64,000 nt of DNA from the NCBI GenBank assembly GCA_963668675.2, contig CAXXMB010000001.1, positions 1,056,001 to 1,120,000 of the forward strand, read 5' to 3'. The stretch is from an uncultured Desulfatitalea sp. GTDB taxonomy: Bacteria; Desulfobacterota; Desulfobacteria; Desulfobacterales; Desulfosarcinaceae. Shown piece by piece: positions 1 through 9,428 of the stretch. A program made the translations under genes and the position numbers. The notes beneath the pieces were generated by a model. It was given only the letters and a program-made list of their open reading frames with translations. It ran no database searches and was not told the origin of the DNA. Positions within the stretch are counted from its first letter, which is position 1. Each line of letters begins with the position of its first letter.

Positions 1-1620
1 AATTCAGTCAGCTTCAGCCCTGATGGGAAACGCCTTGCCTCGGCAAGTTCGGATTCAACCGTAAAGATCTGGGACAGCCAATCCGGCCAGCTGATACGTA
101 CCCTTGCCGGACATACAGGCAGTGTCGAATCAGCCAGCTTCAGCCCTGATGGGAAACGCCTTGCCTCGGCAAGTGTGGATGAAACCGTAAAGATCTGGGA
201 CAGCCAATCCGGCCAGCTGATACGTACCCTTGCCGGACATACAGGCAGTGTCGAATCAGCCAGCTTCAGCCCTGATGGGAAACGCCTTGCCTCGGCAAGT
301 GTGGATGAAACCGTAAAGATCTGGGACAGCCAATCCGGCCAGCTGATACGTACCCTCGCCGGACATACATCCCGTGTCGATTCAGTCAGCTTCAGCCCTG
401 ATGGGAAACTCCTTGCCTCGGCAAGCTTGGAAAAAACCGTGAAAATCTGGGACAGCCAATCTGGCCAGCTATTACGAACCCTTGCCGGACATAAATACCG
501 TGTCAATTCGGTCACCTTCAGCCCTGATGGGAAACGCCTTGCCTCGGCAAGTGCGGATTCAACCGTAAAGATCTGGGACAGCCAATCCGGCCAGCTGATA
601 CGAACCCTTGCCGGACATATTGAGTATGTCACGTCAGTCAGCTTCAGCCCTGATGGGAAACGCCTTGCCTCGGCAGGCACGGATAAAACCGTAAAGATCT
701 GGGACAGCCAATCCGGCCAGCTGATACGAACCCTTGCCGGACATACATCCCCTGTCAATTCAGTCAGCTTCAGCCCTGATGGAAAACGTCTTGCCACGGC
801 AGGCATGGGTAAAACCGTAAAGATCTGGGACAGCCAATCCGGCCAGCTGATACGAACCCTTGCCGGACATACAGACAGTGTCGATTCAGTCGGCTTCATC
901 CCTCTTATCGATTCAGTCAGTTTCAGCCCTGATGGGAAACGCCTTGCCTTGGCAGGCACGAGTAAAACCGCAAAGATCTGGGACAGCCAATCCGGCCAGC
1001 TGATACGAACCCTTGCCGGACATAAATACCGTGTGAGTTCAGTCAGCTTCAGCCCTGATGGAAAACGCCTTGCCTCAGCAGGAGCGGATGCAACCTTAAA
1101 AATCTGGGACAGCCAATCCGGTCAGCTGATACGAACCCTTGCCGGACATGAATACCGCGTCAATTCAGTCAGCTTCAGCCCTGATGGAAAACGCCTTGCC
1201 TCGGCAGGCTCAGATAATACCGTAAAGATCTGGGACAACCAATCCGGTCAGCTGATACGAACCCTTGCCGGACATACAGACAATGTCGAATCAGTCAGTT
1301 TCAGCCCTGATGGGAAACGCCTTGCCTCGGTAGCCTGGGATACAACCGTAAAGATCTGGGACAGCCAATCCGGCCAGCTGATACGAACCCTTGCCGGACA
1401 TTTATCCCTTGTCAGGTCAGTCAGTTTCAGCCCTGATGGAAAACGCCTTGCCTCAGCAGGCTCAGATAATACCGTAAAGATCTGGGACGGCCAATCAGGT
1501 CAGCTGATGCGAACCCTTGCCGGACACACTGACCAAGTCACGTCAGTCAGCTTCAGCCCTGATGGAAAACGCCTTGCCTCGGGCAGCAGTGACTCAAGTA
1601 TCAGATACTGGGACATTGAA
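1..1620 (+). repeat. Tandem array of 126-bp near-identical WD40-coding repeats (12 complete plus 1 partial)
   Basis: GGACA(T/C) recurs at 109, 235, 361, 487, 613, 739, 865, 1018, 1144, 1270, 1396, 1522. Spacing is 126 except one unit with +27. Confidence 0.97.
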
Positions 1621-3021
1621 AATGGGAAATTGTTATGCATTTCGTATAGTTTGGGTTCTAAAGACTATATAACGTATACACCTTCTGGCTACTATACGGC
1701 CTCATCGGCTGGAGAACAATATGCTTCCTGGCGCATCGGTAATGAAATATATTCCGTTGATCAATATTCAGAACAATTTAATCGTCCGGATCTAATTGCG
1801 AAGGCGCTTGCTTTTGATAAAATCGAACTTCCTTCAGTTAACATAGCCAAAGATTTGCCACCAGAGTTAGTTTGGCTTAATGAAATTAAAACCACAAACC
1901 AAAAGCAGTTTGAAGTATTAGTCAACTACACTGGAACAAGCGCATTAGATGATATCGTCTTATTCCATAACAATGAACCTGTCGATCTGAATCTACCTCA
2001 AAAGCGAAAAAACATAGATATTCGAATCCCTTTATCGCTTTATACATATGAAAATCATATTCGAATCTTGGCATATGATGAAAAGCGATTAAAATCTTCA
2101 TTTCTAAAAATTGATTTTCACTACACCGGTGCAGCAGATCGACGAGATATGAGCAAAGGGGCAAATGGCCCCATTAAGGAGGTATCTAAACCTGAAAGAA
2201 AACTTGGAAACTATATTAAAAAGGTTGCAATCATTATTGGTATTTCTGACTATAAAAATCTATCAGCCTCTGCGGAAAAGCCAGGAGATCTAACTGACTT
2301 GAGATATGCCGATAAGGATGTAGTTGCTTTTCATGACTTTTTAAAATCACCAGAACTTAGTGGCGGCGGATGGAAGATTATACCCCTTATTAATGCAGAC
2401 GCAACTTTTAAAAGAGTTGATAAAGCTTTAACTGACACTTTGCAAAATGCTTCTTTTGATGATTTGGTGCTAATTTTCTTTTCCGGACATGGCCGCAGTC
2501 ATCCGCGTCGAAGAAAAGATGTCTATCTGCTCACTTGGGATTTTAATCCGCAAAATCCGCGGTCGGGCTTTGCTTATAAAGATCTTTGGGATCTTATCGT
2601 CGACAGTCGCGCCCGCCACGTGATTGCGTTCATCGATGCTTGCCGCAGTGGCACCATTGGAGGTGGCAAGGGGGAGACCGAAGGAGCTATCGATAACACT
2701 GTGTTTGGTAACCGGCTAAAACAAATACCAGAAACCAAAATTGTATTCAGCTCCGCCGAGGGGACGCAGCTTTCATGGGAAGATCCGGATGAAGAGATGG
2801 GGGTATTTACATATTATCTAATCGAGGGGCTGAAAGGCGCGGCTGAAGAATTGAAGAATCGCTTTTTTGTCGATTTGGGTGAATTAGCAAGGTATGTAGA
2901 AAAAAATGTTGCCGATCACACAGAAAGATCACCGAATATGAAATATCAAAAACCGCGCTTATGGGCACCAGGAAAAGTGATCAACTATGATTTCCCTGTT
3001 GCAATCAGAATCACTAATTAA
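1..3021 (+). CDS. WD40-repeat protein with C-terminal caspase-like (peptidase C14) domain; 5' end lies outside the window
   Basis: Frame +1 is open from base 1. Repeats GH...V.SVSFSPDGKRLAS...TVKIWD run to ~1620. Catalytic-dyad motifs FFSGHG (~2476-2493) and IDACRSG (~2632-2652) are present. Confidence 0.93.
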   Translation, partial: NSVSFSPDGKRLASASSDSTVKIWDSQSGQLIRTLAGHTGSVESASFSPDGKRLASASVDETVKIWDSQSGQLIRTLAGHTGSVESASFSPDGKRLASASVDETVKIWDSQSGQLIRTLAGHTSRVDSVSFSPDGKLLASASLEKTVKIWDSQSGQLLRTLAGHKYRVNSVTFSPDGKRLASASADSTVKIWDSQSGQLIRTLAGHIEYVTSVSFSPDGKRLASAGTDKTVKIWDSQSGQLIRTLAGHTSPVNSVSFSPDGKRLATAGMGKTVKIWDSQSGQLIRTLAGHTDSVDSVGFIPLIDSVSFSPDGKRLALAGTSKTAKIWDSQSGQLIRTLAGHKYRVSSVSFSPDGKRLASAGADATLKIWDSQSGQLIRTLAGHEYRVNSVSFSPDGKRLASAGSDNTVKIWDNQSGQLIRTLAGHTDNVESVSFSPDGKRLASVAWDTTVKIWDSQSGQLIRTLAGHLSLVRSVSFSPDGKRLASAGSDNTVKIWDGQSGQLMRTLAGHTDQVTSVSFSPDGKRLASGSSDSSIRYWDIENGKLLCISYSLGSKDYITYTPSGYYTASSAGEQYASWRIGNEIYSVDQYSEQFNRPDLIAKALAFDKIELPSVNIAKDLPPELVWLNEIKTTNQKQFEVLVNYTGTSALDDIVLFHNNEPVDLNLPQKRKNIDIRIPLSLYTYENHIRILAYDEKRLKSSFLKIDFHYTGAADRRDMSKGANGPIKEVSKPERKLGNYIKKVAIIIGISDYKNLSASAEKPGDLTDLRYADKDVVAFHDFLKSPELSGGGWKIIPLINADATFKRVDKALTDTLQNASFDDLVLIFFSGHGRSHPRRRKDVYLLTWDFNPQNPRSGFAYKDLWDLIVDSRARHVIAFIDACRSGTIGGGKGETEGAIDNTVFGNRLKQIPETKIVFSSAEGTQLSWEDPDEEMGVFTYYLIEGLKGAAEELKNRFFVDLGELARYVEKNVADHTERSPNMKYQKPRLWAPGKVINYDFPVAIRITN

Positions 3022-3040
3022 CCGCAAGTTCGAGTGAAAG

Positions 3041-3703
3041 ATGAATCAATCAAATCAACATCCTGAATCTATAGAAGATGTTAAAAAGTATTTATTCAAA
3101 AGAATATGGCTGTGGACAACATATAAGCCAATTTGGATTAAAATTGCTTTCGGTATTGGAGCTGTTGTGATTATTATTGCATTTGCCAGGTTGGATATTT
3201 TTGGTGAGCCCTATTCACGCTACTCAAAATCATTGATTCCATGGCGACTTCCGTTCGATCCGGCCCTCCCCCTCATCCCTTTGGAAATTACGTATGATAT
3301 TGAAGACTCCATGGGCATAAGACCGGGGACCTTAGGCGACAATGCCTCTACTGGGGATCGTATTATATTAACCTTCAAGGCCGGCACTAAATGCTGGGCT
3401 ACCGTATTTTGCGTTGATTCTAAAGGAATACATCCAATCTTTCGGGGCAATCTATCACCAACCTTAATAGATCAAAATAAGTCTTACTCGCTGAAATTTA
3501 AATTGGACTCCACAACTGGACACGAAGTTTACTACGTCATTGCTGCACATGAAAAGTTTGATTTTGATCAAGACATCAAACCTCATTTAAAAACTGTATT
3601 CCCTGCAGGTTACTCTAAAGGGCCAGTCATCTCAAAATATAAAATAAAGTTGCCCGATCGCTTTGTTCATGATCTTGTCTATTTTGAGCATCTTTCAAAA
3701 TAG
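3041..3703 (+). CDS. Single-TM protein with DUF4384-like domain
   Basis: Hydrophobic segment IAFGIGAVVIIIAFA followed by GDRIILTF...WATVFCVDSKG..PIF...LDSTTGHEVYYVIAA, a DUF4384-like pattern. Starts 19 bp after the caspase gene. Confidence 0.7.
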   Translation: MNQSNQHPESIEDVKKYLFKRIWLWTTYKPIWIKIAFGIGAVVIIIAFARLDIFGEPYSRYSKSLIPWRLPFDPALPLIPLEITYDIEDSMGIRPGTLGDNASTGDRIILTFKAGTKCWATVFCVDSKGIHPIFRGNLSPTLIDQNKSYSLKFKLDSTTGHEVYYVIAAHEKFDFDQDIKPHLKTVFPAGYSKGPVISKYKIKLPDRFVHDLVYFEHLSK

Positions 3704-3822
3704 TAACTATTATAGTTCGTGTTTATTATACTACCAATTGAGACCTATATGACTGAGTAATGTCATACAAAGTAATTAAGTTCTTTCTTTCTGCCTTACG
3801 GCTACAAAACCAAACATTAATT

Positions 3823-4083
3823 ATGAAACCTATCGATAAATTAAAAATTGCTGACGAAATGATGACGGCTGCAATTGTTGAATGCGTGGAGCATCGCAGG
3901 TATTTTGCGGCAATTAATTTAGCTGGAGTTGCTGAGGAACTTTATGGGAAACTTCTTCATATTTATGGAGAAAAAACGATGAGAGATGAAGTTATAGATT
4001 CCGTTTTATTCGAGGACAAAGGAGGCTTATTAAATAGAAAGAAATTGAATTTTCAAGAAAATCAGGATGCAAGATTTGGATGA
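3823..4083 (+). CDS. Hypothetical protein, probably truncated
   Basis: KLKIADEMMTAAI...YFAAINLAGVAEELYGKLL resembles the N-terminus of a conserved helical hypothetical family. The ORF is short and the start is uncertain. Confidence 0.4.
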   Translation: MKPIDKLKIADEMMTAAIVECVEHRRYFAAINLAGVAEELYGKLLHIYGEKTMRDEVIDSVLFEDKGGLLNRKKLNFQENQDARFG

Positions 4084-4630
4084 ATCAGCATATTCTGCAA
4101 TAATGAGGGCTGCTCCTTTTAAAGCTTTTCCAGACAATCTGAATGTAGATGAGATTAAATTAGGGCTTCGTTTTTCAACCGATGGGGTAAAATAGGAATA
4201 TTTCATGACACACCCTCTATGGGCTCTGTCTGACTATCGATGTCGCCTGTTCCACAATGTTCGGACTTCGCTATTTAAATATTAAAAATCCATTACTGCT
4301 AAATGTTTAAATTCTTAGGATTTTTTGATATTCAGGAAAGATGCTACAGAGGTTCGGGCTTTGTTCGCACTTTTTTGTATTATGTCCGAACATCCGCCCA
4401 GAAAAAAAATTCAAGTTTTGATATAATTTTAATAGGTTAATGCGCTTAGCTAATTTTTTTTGGTTTCAAACCATGCGATACATTTCTGGAAACATTGTTT
4501 ATAGGTTTATATGGCTGGTTTGGAAATAGAGACGATCCAAAATTGTGATAACTAATTGATTCGTCATAGTTTTCCCACCAAATCCCAGTCAATCCCTGAA
4601 TATCCCGCTGGTTTCAAGCCTGCCGGTAGT

Positions 4631-5710
4631 TCACAATTCAGCCCGTTTCTGCGAGAGAATTTCATTGTGTTGGTTCGGTCCGTCAGAATCGGTGTGCCCT
4701 TCGATGATCAATCGCATGGTACTTTCAGACTGGAGCATGGCAACGATTTTATCCAGTGTCGGTTTGGATTCGGCGCGAAGAATATCAGAGTCAAAGTCAA
4801 AATTAATCCCATAAAGTCTTACCCTGCCGGTTTTTAAGAGCTCCTTGGTTATCTGGCCCTGCACCCCACCGGTCCAATGCGGACAACCTCCAACATCCTG
4901 AGATATTTTTTGACCGTTCCAGATACCTGCCCGTTCATTCTCCTTCCCTTCGTACCACCAAAGACCAAAAAACTTATTCCCTTCTGAATTGAATATCATG
5001 ACAGCAGGACCTTTATGATCTGTCTGACTCCAGGTCAACCTCATTATATTATTTTCCAATCCCCCATTAAACAGTCCCTGGTCATATTCATAACAACCTG
5101 TAACTGAGGTTCCTTGCTGACGTAGATGAAAATCGTTAAATTTCGTTTTGTACGTTCCGGAAATATCGGCCAGTTTCGTCTTTGTCAGTTGCTTTCCGTA
5201 GGCGCGAAAGTCCATGAGTTCCGTGTAATCTTTTGAGCCGTGATTATTTTTGATAGTTAACCTGAGCCACTTTCCAGGGGTATTATCTGTTATCTGAAAG
5301 CTCTGATTGTCCTTTTTGTCCGATAGTGACACGCTCTTGATCTTTGTATAGCCTGACGAGATGCCATCAGCCGAAATCTCAAGAACAATATCTTTTGCGC
5401 CACGCCCATTACCATCTATATTTCCAGTGTCAAATTCAATGCTTTCCAGAGTGCTTTTTTCCGCGAGTTCAATAACTGAAACATTGTTTAAGATCTTCCC
5501 TTCAGGACTACACCAGCCGGTTTTTGGATTTTCATCCATAATCCAGATAAAATCCCACGCAGAGTCGTATCCTGGGGGTTTCTCCACAACCAATGCTCCG
5601 GAAGAAAAAGAGGCAAGAGAGGTATCCGCTGCGTCCACATCAGAATGAGAACCGAAATGATCGAATGAAAAAAGAACGATGAGCGACATCAAAATCACTT
5701 TTTTCCTCAT
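4631..5710 (-). pseudogene. Secreted discoidin (F5/8 type C)-like + OmpA_C protein with a damaged C-terminus
   Basis: Signal peptide and galactose-binding-like domain, then GINFDFDSDIL...IIEGHTDSDG...LSQKRAE, which stops in mid OmpA_C domain. The remnant GRLETSG follows the stop in frame. Confidence 0.75.
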
Positions 5711-5809
5711 ATTTGTACCCCCCGATGGTATGACATTTCCCGAAAAGCCATGTCGTTACTTTCGGTTAACATCAAGAAATTAAATGGCAGAGAATTGAAA
5801 TAACGAATC

Positions 5810-7050
5810 GGTAGTGTCCGGTCAAGAAAGTAAAAAAGATAAGCTTGAACCCCCTTTTTTTTATAATCGGTTAGCGAATAACACAATGAAGTCAAAAGGA
5901 TATTCAAGCCAGTGCCCATAATAACACACTCTTTTATTCGATGCTAAACTTTATTCCGAGACATCAATTTGACGCCCTTGAAAACCAGTATGGCACAAGG
6001 CGAAAAGCATGTGATTTTAGCAGATGGAACCAGTTCGTTCATTTGATGTTCATGCAACTGACTGGCAGATCAAGCCTTCGTGATGGCATCCAATCTATGA
6101 ATTCCAGATTCAAAAACCTCTATCATTTGGGGCAAAGCCCGTTGCCAGATCAACTTTTGCAGATGCCAATGCCATTCGGCCTGCTTCATTTTACGAAGCG
6201 CTATTTGAACTGCTTTACCAACGTTACCGGATGATATCGCCAAAGCATAAGTTCAAATTCAAAAATGAGCTATACAGTTTTGATGCAACCGTAATTGATC
6301 TGAGTCTCGGAGCGTTTCCCTTGGCTTTGCTTCGGCGCACAAAGTCAGCCATTAAGGTCCATATCACAGCGGTTATCTGCCCGCTTTCCCCCTTTTGTTT
6401 CCATTACCGATGGCAAAAAGCACGAATCCAAGGTAGCTTCAACGAATAAGCGGTAAAAAGGCTCCATCGTTGCGAGGATCGTGCATACGCAGACTATGCT
6501 TGGTTTGCCCTGCTGCAGCAAAATGGTATCTGCTTCGTTACCCGGCAAAAGACCAACGCGGTGTACAAAGTGATCCAGCGAAGAAGCGTTAACAAAAAGC
6601 AGGGTCTATGCTCAGATCAAACCATAATGCTTTCCGGCACCAAGGGTCATTTGTGCCCTCACCCTTTGCGCAGAGTTGGGTATGGAGATCCTCAAACAAG
6701 GAAACACTACGTCTTTCTTAAGAACAATTTTAGACTGTCAGCTAAAACAATCGCTGATATCTACAAAGAATGTTGGCAAATCGAGATACTCTTTCGCCGG
6801 ATCAAACAGAGCCTTAAGATTAAAGCATTCATCGGCGAATCTCGAAATGCTTTAATGACGCCGGTTTATGTTGCATTGATCGCATACCTTCTGCTGTGCA
6901 TGCATGGCCAAGATATCTGTAAGTTTGCAAAATCTACTACGAGTAATTCAACTCAATATGCTTAGAAGATGTTCACTGAAGGAGTTGTTTGAACCTCCAC
7001 CATTAAATGCGAATATTACAGATAATAACGAGCAGTTACTCTTTGATAAT
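5810..7050 (+). mobile_element. Degenerate IS4-family element (DUF4372 + DDE transposase, multiply frameshifted)
   Basis: Fragments 5941-6234 (FSRWNQFVHLMFMQLTGRSSLRD), 6231-6449 (SFDATVIDL) and 6561-6965 (TIADIYKECWQIEILFRRIKQSLKIKAF). Left end GGTAGTGTCCGGTCAAGAAA at ~5810; right end weak at ~7030-7050. Confidence 0.88.
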
Positions 7051-7198
7051 TTCTAAGCAGACAGACTTGTGCTGAAATGAAATTTTTTTTGTGAGCAGTT
7101 TTAAAGTTGTTTTTTGGTTTTGCTGGACTTCACAATGATTTTAAAGGTATTTAGAGTTGGATATCGACAGATTATCTTTATGAATAAAGGAGGAAATA

Positions 7199-7732
7199 AT
7201 GGGCAAAGGGCAAAAATTATTTCTTATCGCATTTCTACTAATGTTAATTTATGGATGTGGCGCGAGACATATCACTCCAGGAAAATATGGTATCGAATCT
7301 GATTCAATTCAAAATTTAAAAGGTGGTCTGCCGATTACTATAAAAATTCCAAAATTTGCTGAAAATGAGTACCACATTGCCAATGCCAACCCAAAGATAA
7401 AGTCTAATTTTTATATAAATTTAAATGAGTTGCACAATGATGCAAAAGTACTAATTGAAACCGAGTTGATAAATCATGATGTACCTTTAACTTCAAACGC
7501 ACAAAAATTTCTAAAAATAACTTTTACCAATCTCCAATGGGAGAGTTGGGCAGGGGGATTCACATTTGGGGTATACCTTGACTTTGATGTCGAAACCAGT
7601 GATGGATACTCGATAAATTATCAAGTACAAGATTCAGGTAGGCGTATGTCTAGAGCAATCGGTGGTTCAGTTTCCAGAGCAGTCGAAAAAATGTTTCAGG
7701 ATTTTGAAATTATAAAATTCATAAATAAATAA
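7199..7732 (+). CDS. Putative lipoprotein
   Basis: AAGGAGG RBS and lipobox-like LLMLIYGC. Very AT-rich gene between two IS remnants. Confidence 0.75.
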   Translation: MGKGQKLFLIAFLLMLIYGCGARHITPGKYGIESDSIQNLKGGLPITIKIPKFAENEYHIANANPKIKSNFYINLNELHNDAKVLIETELINHDVPLTSNAQKFLKITFTNLQWESWAGGFTFGVYLDFDVETSDGYSINYQVQDSGRRMSRAIGGSVSRAVEKMFQDFEIIKFINK

Positions 7733-7874
7733 CTTATTGATATCGCGAAGATATAATTCGGACCTACAACCTAAACAAAGGCTGATTTCAGGGGACCTGC
7801 ATTAAGAGCGACTTTTCAGGTAATGTAGTAAGTCAGCAGAAATATTTTCATATTGATATTGTAGGATAATTTCA

Positions 7875-8812
7875 GGTTCATCCCGGATTCGCGTACTTTT
7901 GATTGAAAAAAGTGGACATCCATGTCCTTCAAAAGATCACCACGGCCTCTAATTAAAAGCATATCGGATCTCCACAAGTTTGCTGTATCACGGATTTTGT
8001 ATTCACGGCTATCAGTATGTTCCCGCTCTTTTTGAAAACGGCACCATCATCTTCCGTATCGCTCGGAACGCTTTTACTCTAAGGTGTCCCAAATACAAAT
8101 CTCGAATTGTAAAACGAAGAGGCACTGTTGTGCGTAGATTCAAAGCCATTCCAATCGGTTCTGTGCCAGTACTCATTGAGTTGTGATAACGTATAATATT
8201 TTTCGGATGCGCCAGTAACTGGCGGAAGATAGTAGGTGAAAGTCCTATACGTCGAAGGGTTAGCAACCCACGGCGACCCTGAGTCATGTCGGTGTACCGG
8301 TAACGGTATTCTGGAAGCGTTGAAAAGGCAAAATGCGTGCAGGATATTGAGCCGCGAAATTCTATACAATAGTTTGGAGTGCCCATGGTGTCGAAATGTC
8401 AGAAGGCAAAACACTATTCATCGCTAATTGCGAGATCGATCGTGACTCCACGCGGTCGGAGGCCCCTTGCAGGCCAAGGTGTTAAAAGGAACCCGATTGC
8501 TACTGTTGAAAAACCCTTACAGTCTCAATGACGACAAAGCTGAAAGCAATCGCTTAAAAAAGGCGCTTGAGCTAAATGCCCCTTTGGCGATGGCATACTA
8601 CCTCATAGAAGATCTAAAGCAATTTTGGGACCAGAGAACAAAGACTGAAGCAAAAAAGTATTTGGCTGCTTGGATTTTCTAAAACAGTGCATCGAAAGTA
8701 GCGATGCTTGTGAAGATGGCCAAAACGATCCAAGGTCATAAGTTCGGTCTTTTATCCTATTCTGACCACCCTATCTCCACCGGCCCGTTGGAAGGAATCA
8801 ACAACAAAATAA
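7875..8812 (+). mobile_element. Degenerate ISL3-family element with internal deletion
   Basis: Left end GGTTCATCCCG at 7875. N-terminal fragment LYHGFCIHGYQY...LRCPK...IPIG (7980-8183). C-terminal fragments VLKGTRLLLLKNP...PLAMAYYLIEDLKQFWDQ and HPISTGPLEGINNKI. Confidence 0.85.
8207..8467 (+). ncRNA. Group II intron 5' (domain I) fragment, no RT ORF
   Basis: Starts ATGCGCCAGTAACTGGCG (GUGYG-like). Contains GGTGAAAGTCCT, GAAGGGTTAGCAACCCAC..CCCTGAGTCATG, GAAGCGTTGA, TATTGAGCCGCGAAA, GAAGGCAAAAC and CGCGGTCGGAGGCCCC, motifs typical of bacterial group II intron DI. Confidence 0.75.
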
Positions 8813-8900
8813 ATCGGGGCGATAAGGTTTTTATTCGTTAATTCTATAGGTTACTACGGAGAAAAACAAGCACATCGATCAAAGTGCTTTTGCACCGTCG

Positions 8901-9122
8901 CTAAAAGCCTACTGCTTCAGGCAAAGTGGGCTGCGCATCGGACCGCGTCACTATCTCATCGGCGACCATCTGGTCGAAAGAACATCTCAGGCAATTGTAA
9001 TTATGGGCGCACATTTTGTAATCAACCAGCCCGTTCACCATGTGCCGACATTTTCCCCTGTATTCTGCCATGCCTACAAGATTGGTACGTCGTCTTGTTT
9101 CAATTTTGATATTCTTGCCCAT
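8901..9122 (-). CDS. Small Cys-rich protein resembling the Cys-rich module of deltaproteobacterial GcvH-like proteins
   Basis: AAGGAGG RBS. Motif CRHMVNGLVDYKMCAHNYNCLRCSFDQ. Confidence 0.7.
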   Translation of the reverse strand: MGKNIKIETRRRTNLVGMAEYRGKCRHMVNGLVDYKMCAHNYNCLRCSFDQMVADEIVTRSDAQPTLPEAVGF

Positions 9123-9209
9123 GACGTCCTCCTTAGTGTTTGCCGGTTCACTTGCTGTTTGCGGTTTGCCTCATTTTGCCAATCAAATTCTTTTCTGTTT
9201 AGATACAAC

Positions 9210-9226
9210 GCATAATCCAGGCCAAT
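9210..9226 (-). promoter_or_regulatory. Putative sigma54 (-24/-12) promoter
   Basis: Minus strand reads TTGGCCTGGATTATGC, with GG-N10-GC spacing, about 90 bp upstream of the 9122 start. Confidence 0.55.
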
Positions 9227-9323
9227 CTCGCTGTTCTACGCGAAAAAATACCTAACTATTTGGAATACCAACTAATCTTTTATATCATGGCAATCGCGGG
9301 TAGAGGGATTTGCTATAATAAAT

Positions 9324-9428
9324 TGTGGCAAAATACAGCAGGGATAAATGTTAAAAAATGTAATATATATAAATATTAGAATGTTATGGAAGTGGGGCAA
9401 AATGCTGCATGTGGGGCATTTTACTGCA
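9324..9428. promoter_or_regulatory. Three related imperfect palindromes, putative enhancer-binding-protein sites
   Basis: TGTGGCAAAATACAGCA, TGGGGCAAAATGCTGCA and TGGGGCATTTTACTGCA, 100-200 bp upstream of the sigma54-like promoter across an AT-rich spacer. Confidence 0.5.

Noticed and set aside
109..1620. Diversity-generating retroelement explanation for WD40 variation (NNC/NNT codons could derive from AAC/AAT)
   Set aside because: Many adenines, including synonymous ones (GGA, TCA), are nearly invariant across units. No RT, avd or separate template repeat is in the window. Concerted evolution plus selection is simpler; a remote DGR cannot be excluded.
1..1620. CRISPR array
   Set aside because: Repeats are contiguous, in-frame coding units with no unique spacers and no cas genes.
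4596..4636. IS200/IS605-type end or Sec read-through at the OmpA stop
   Set aside because: The hairpin is weak, the UGA is not at a Cys position, and the sequence is better explained as deleted OmpA remnants.
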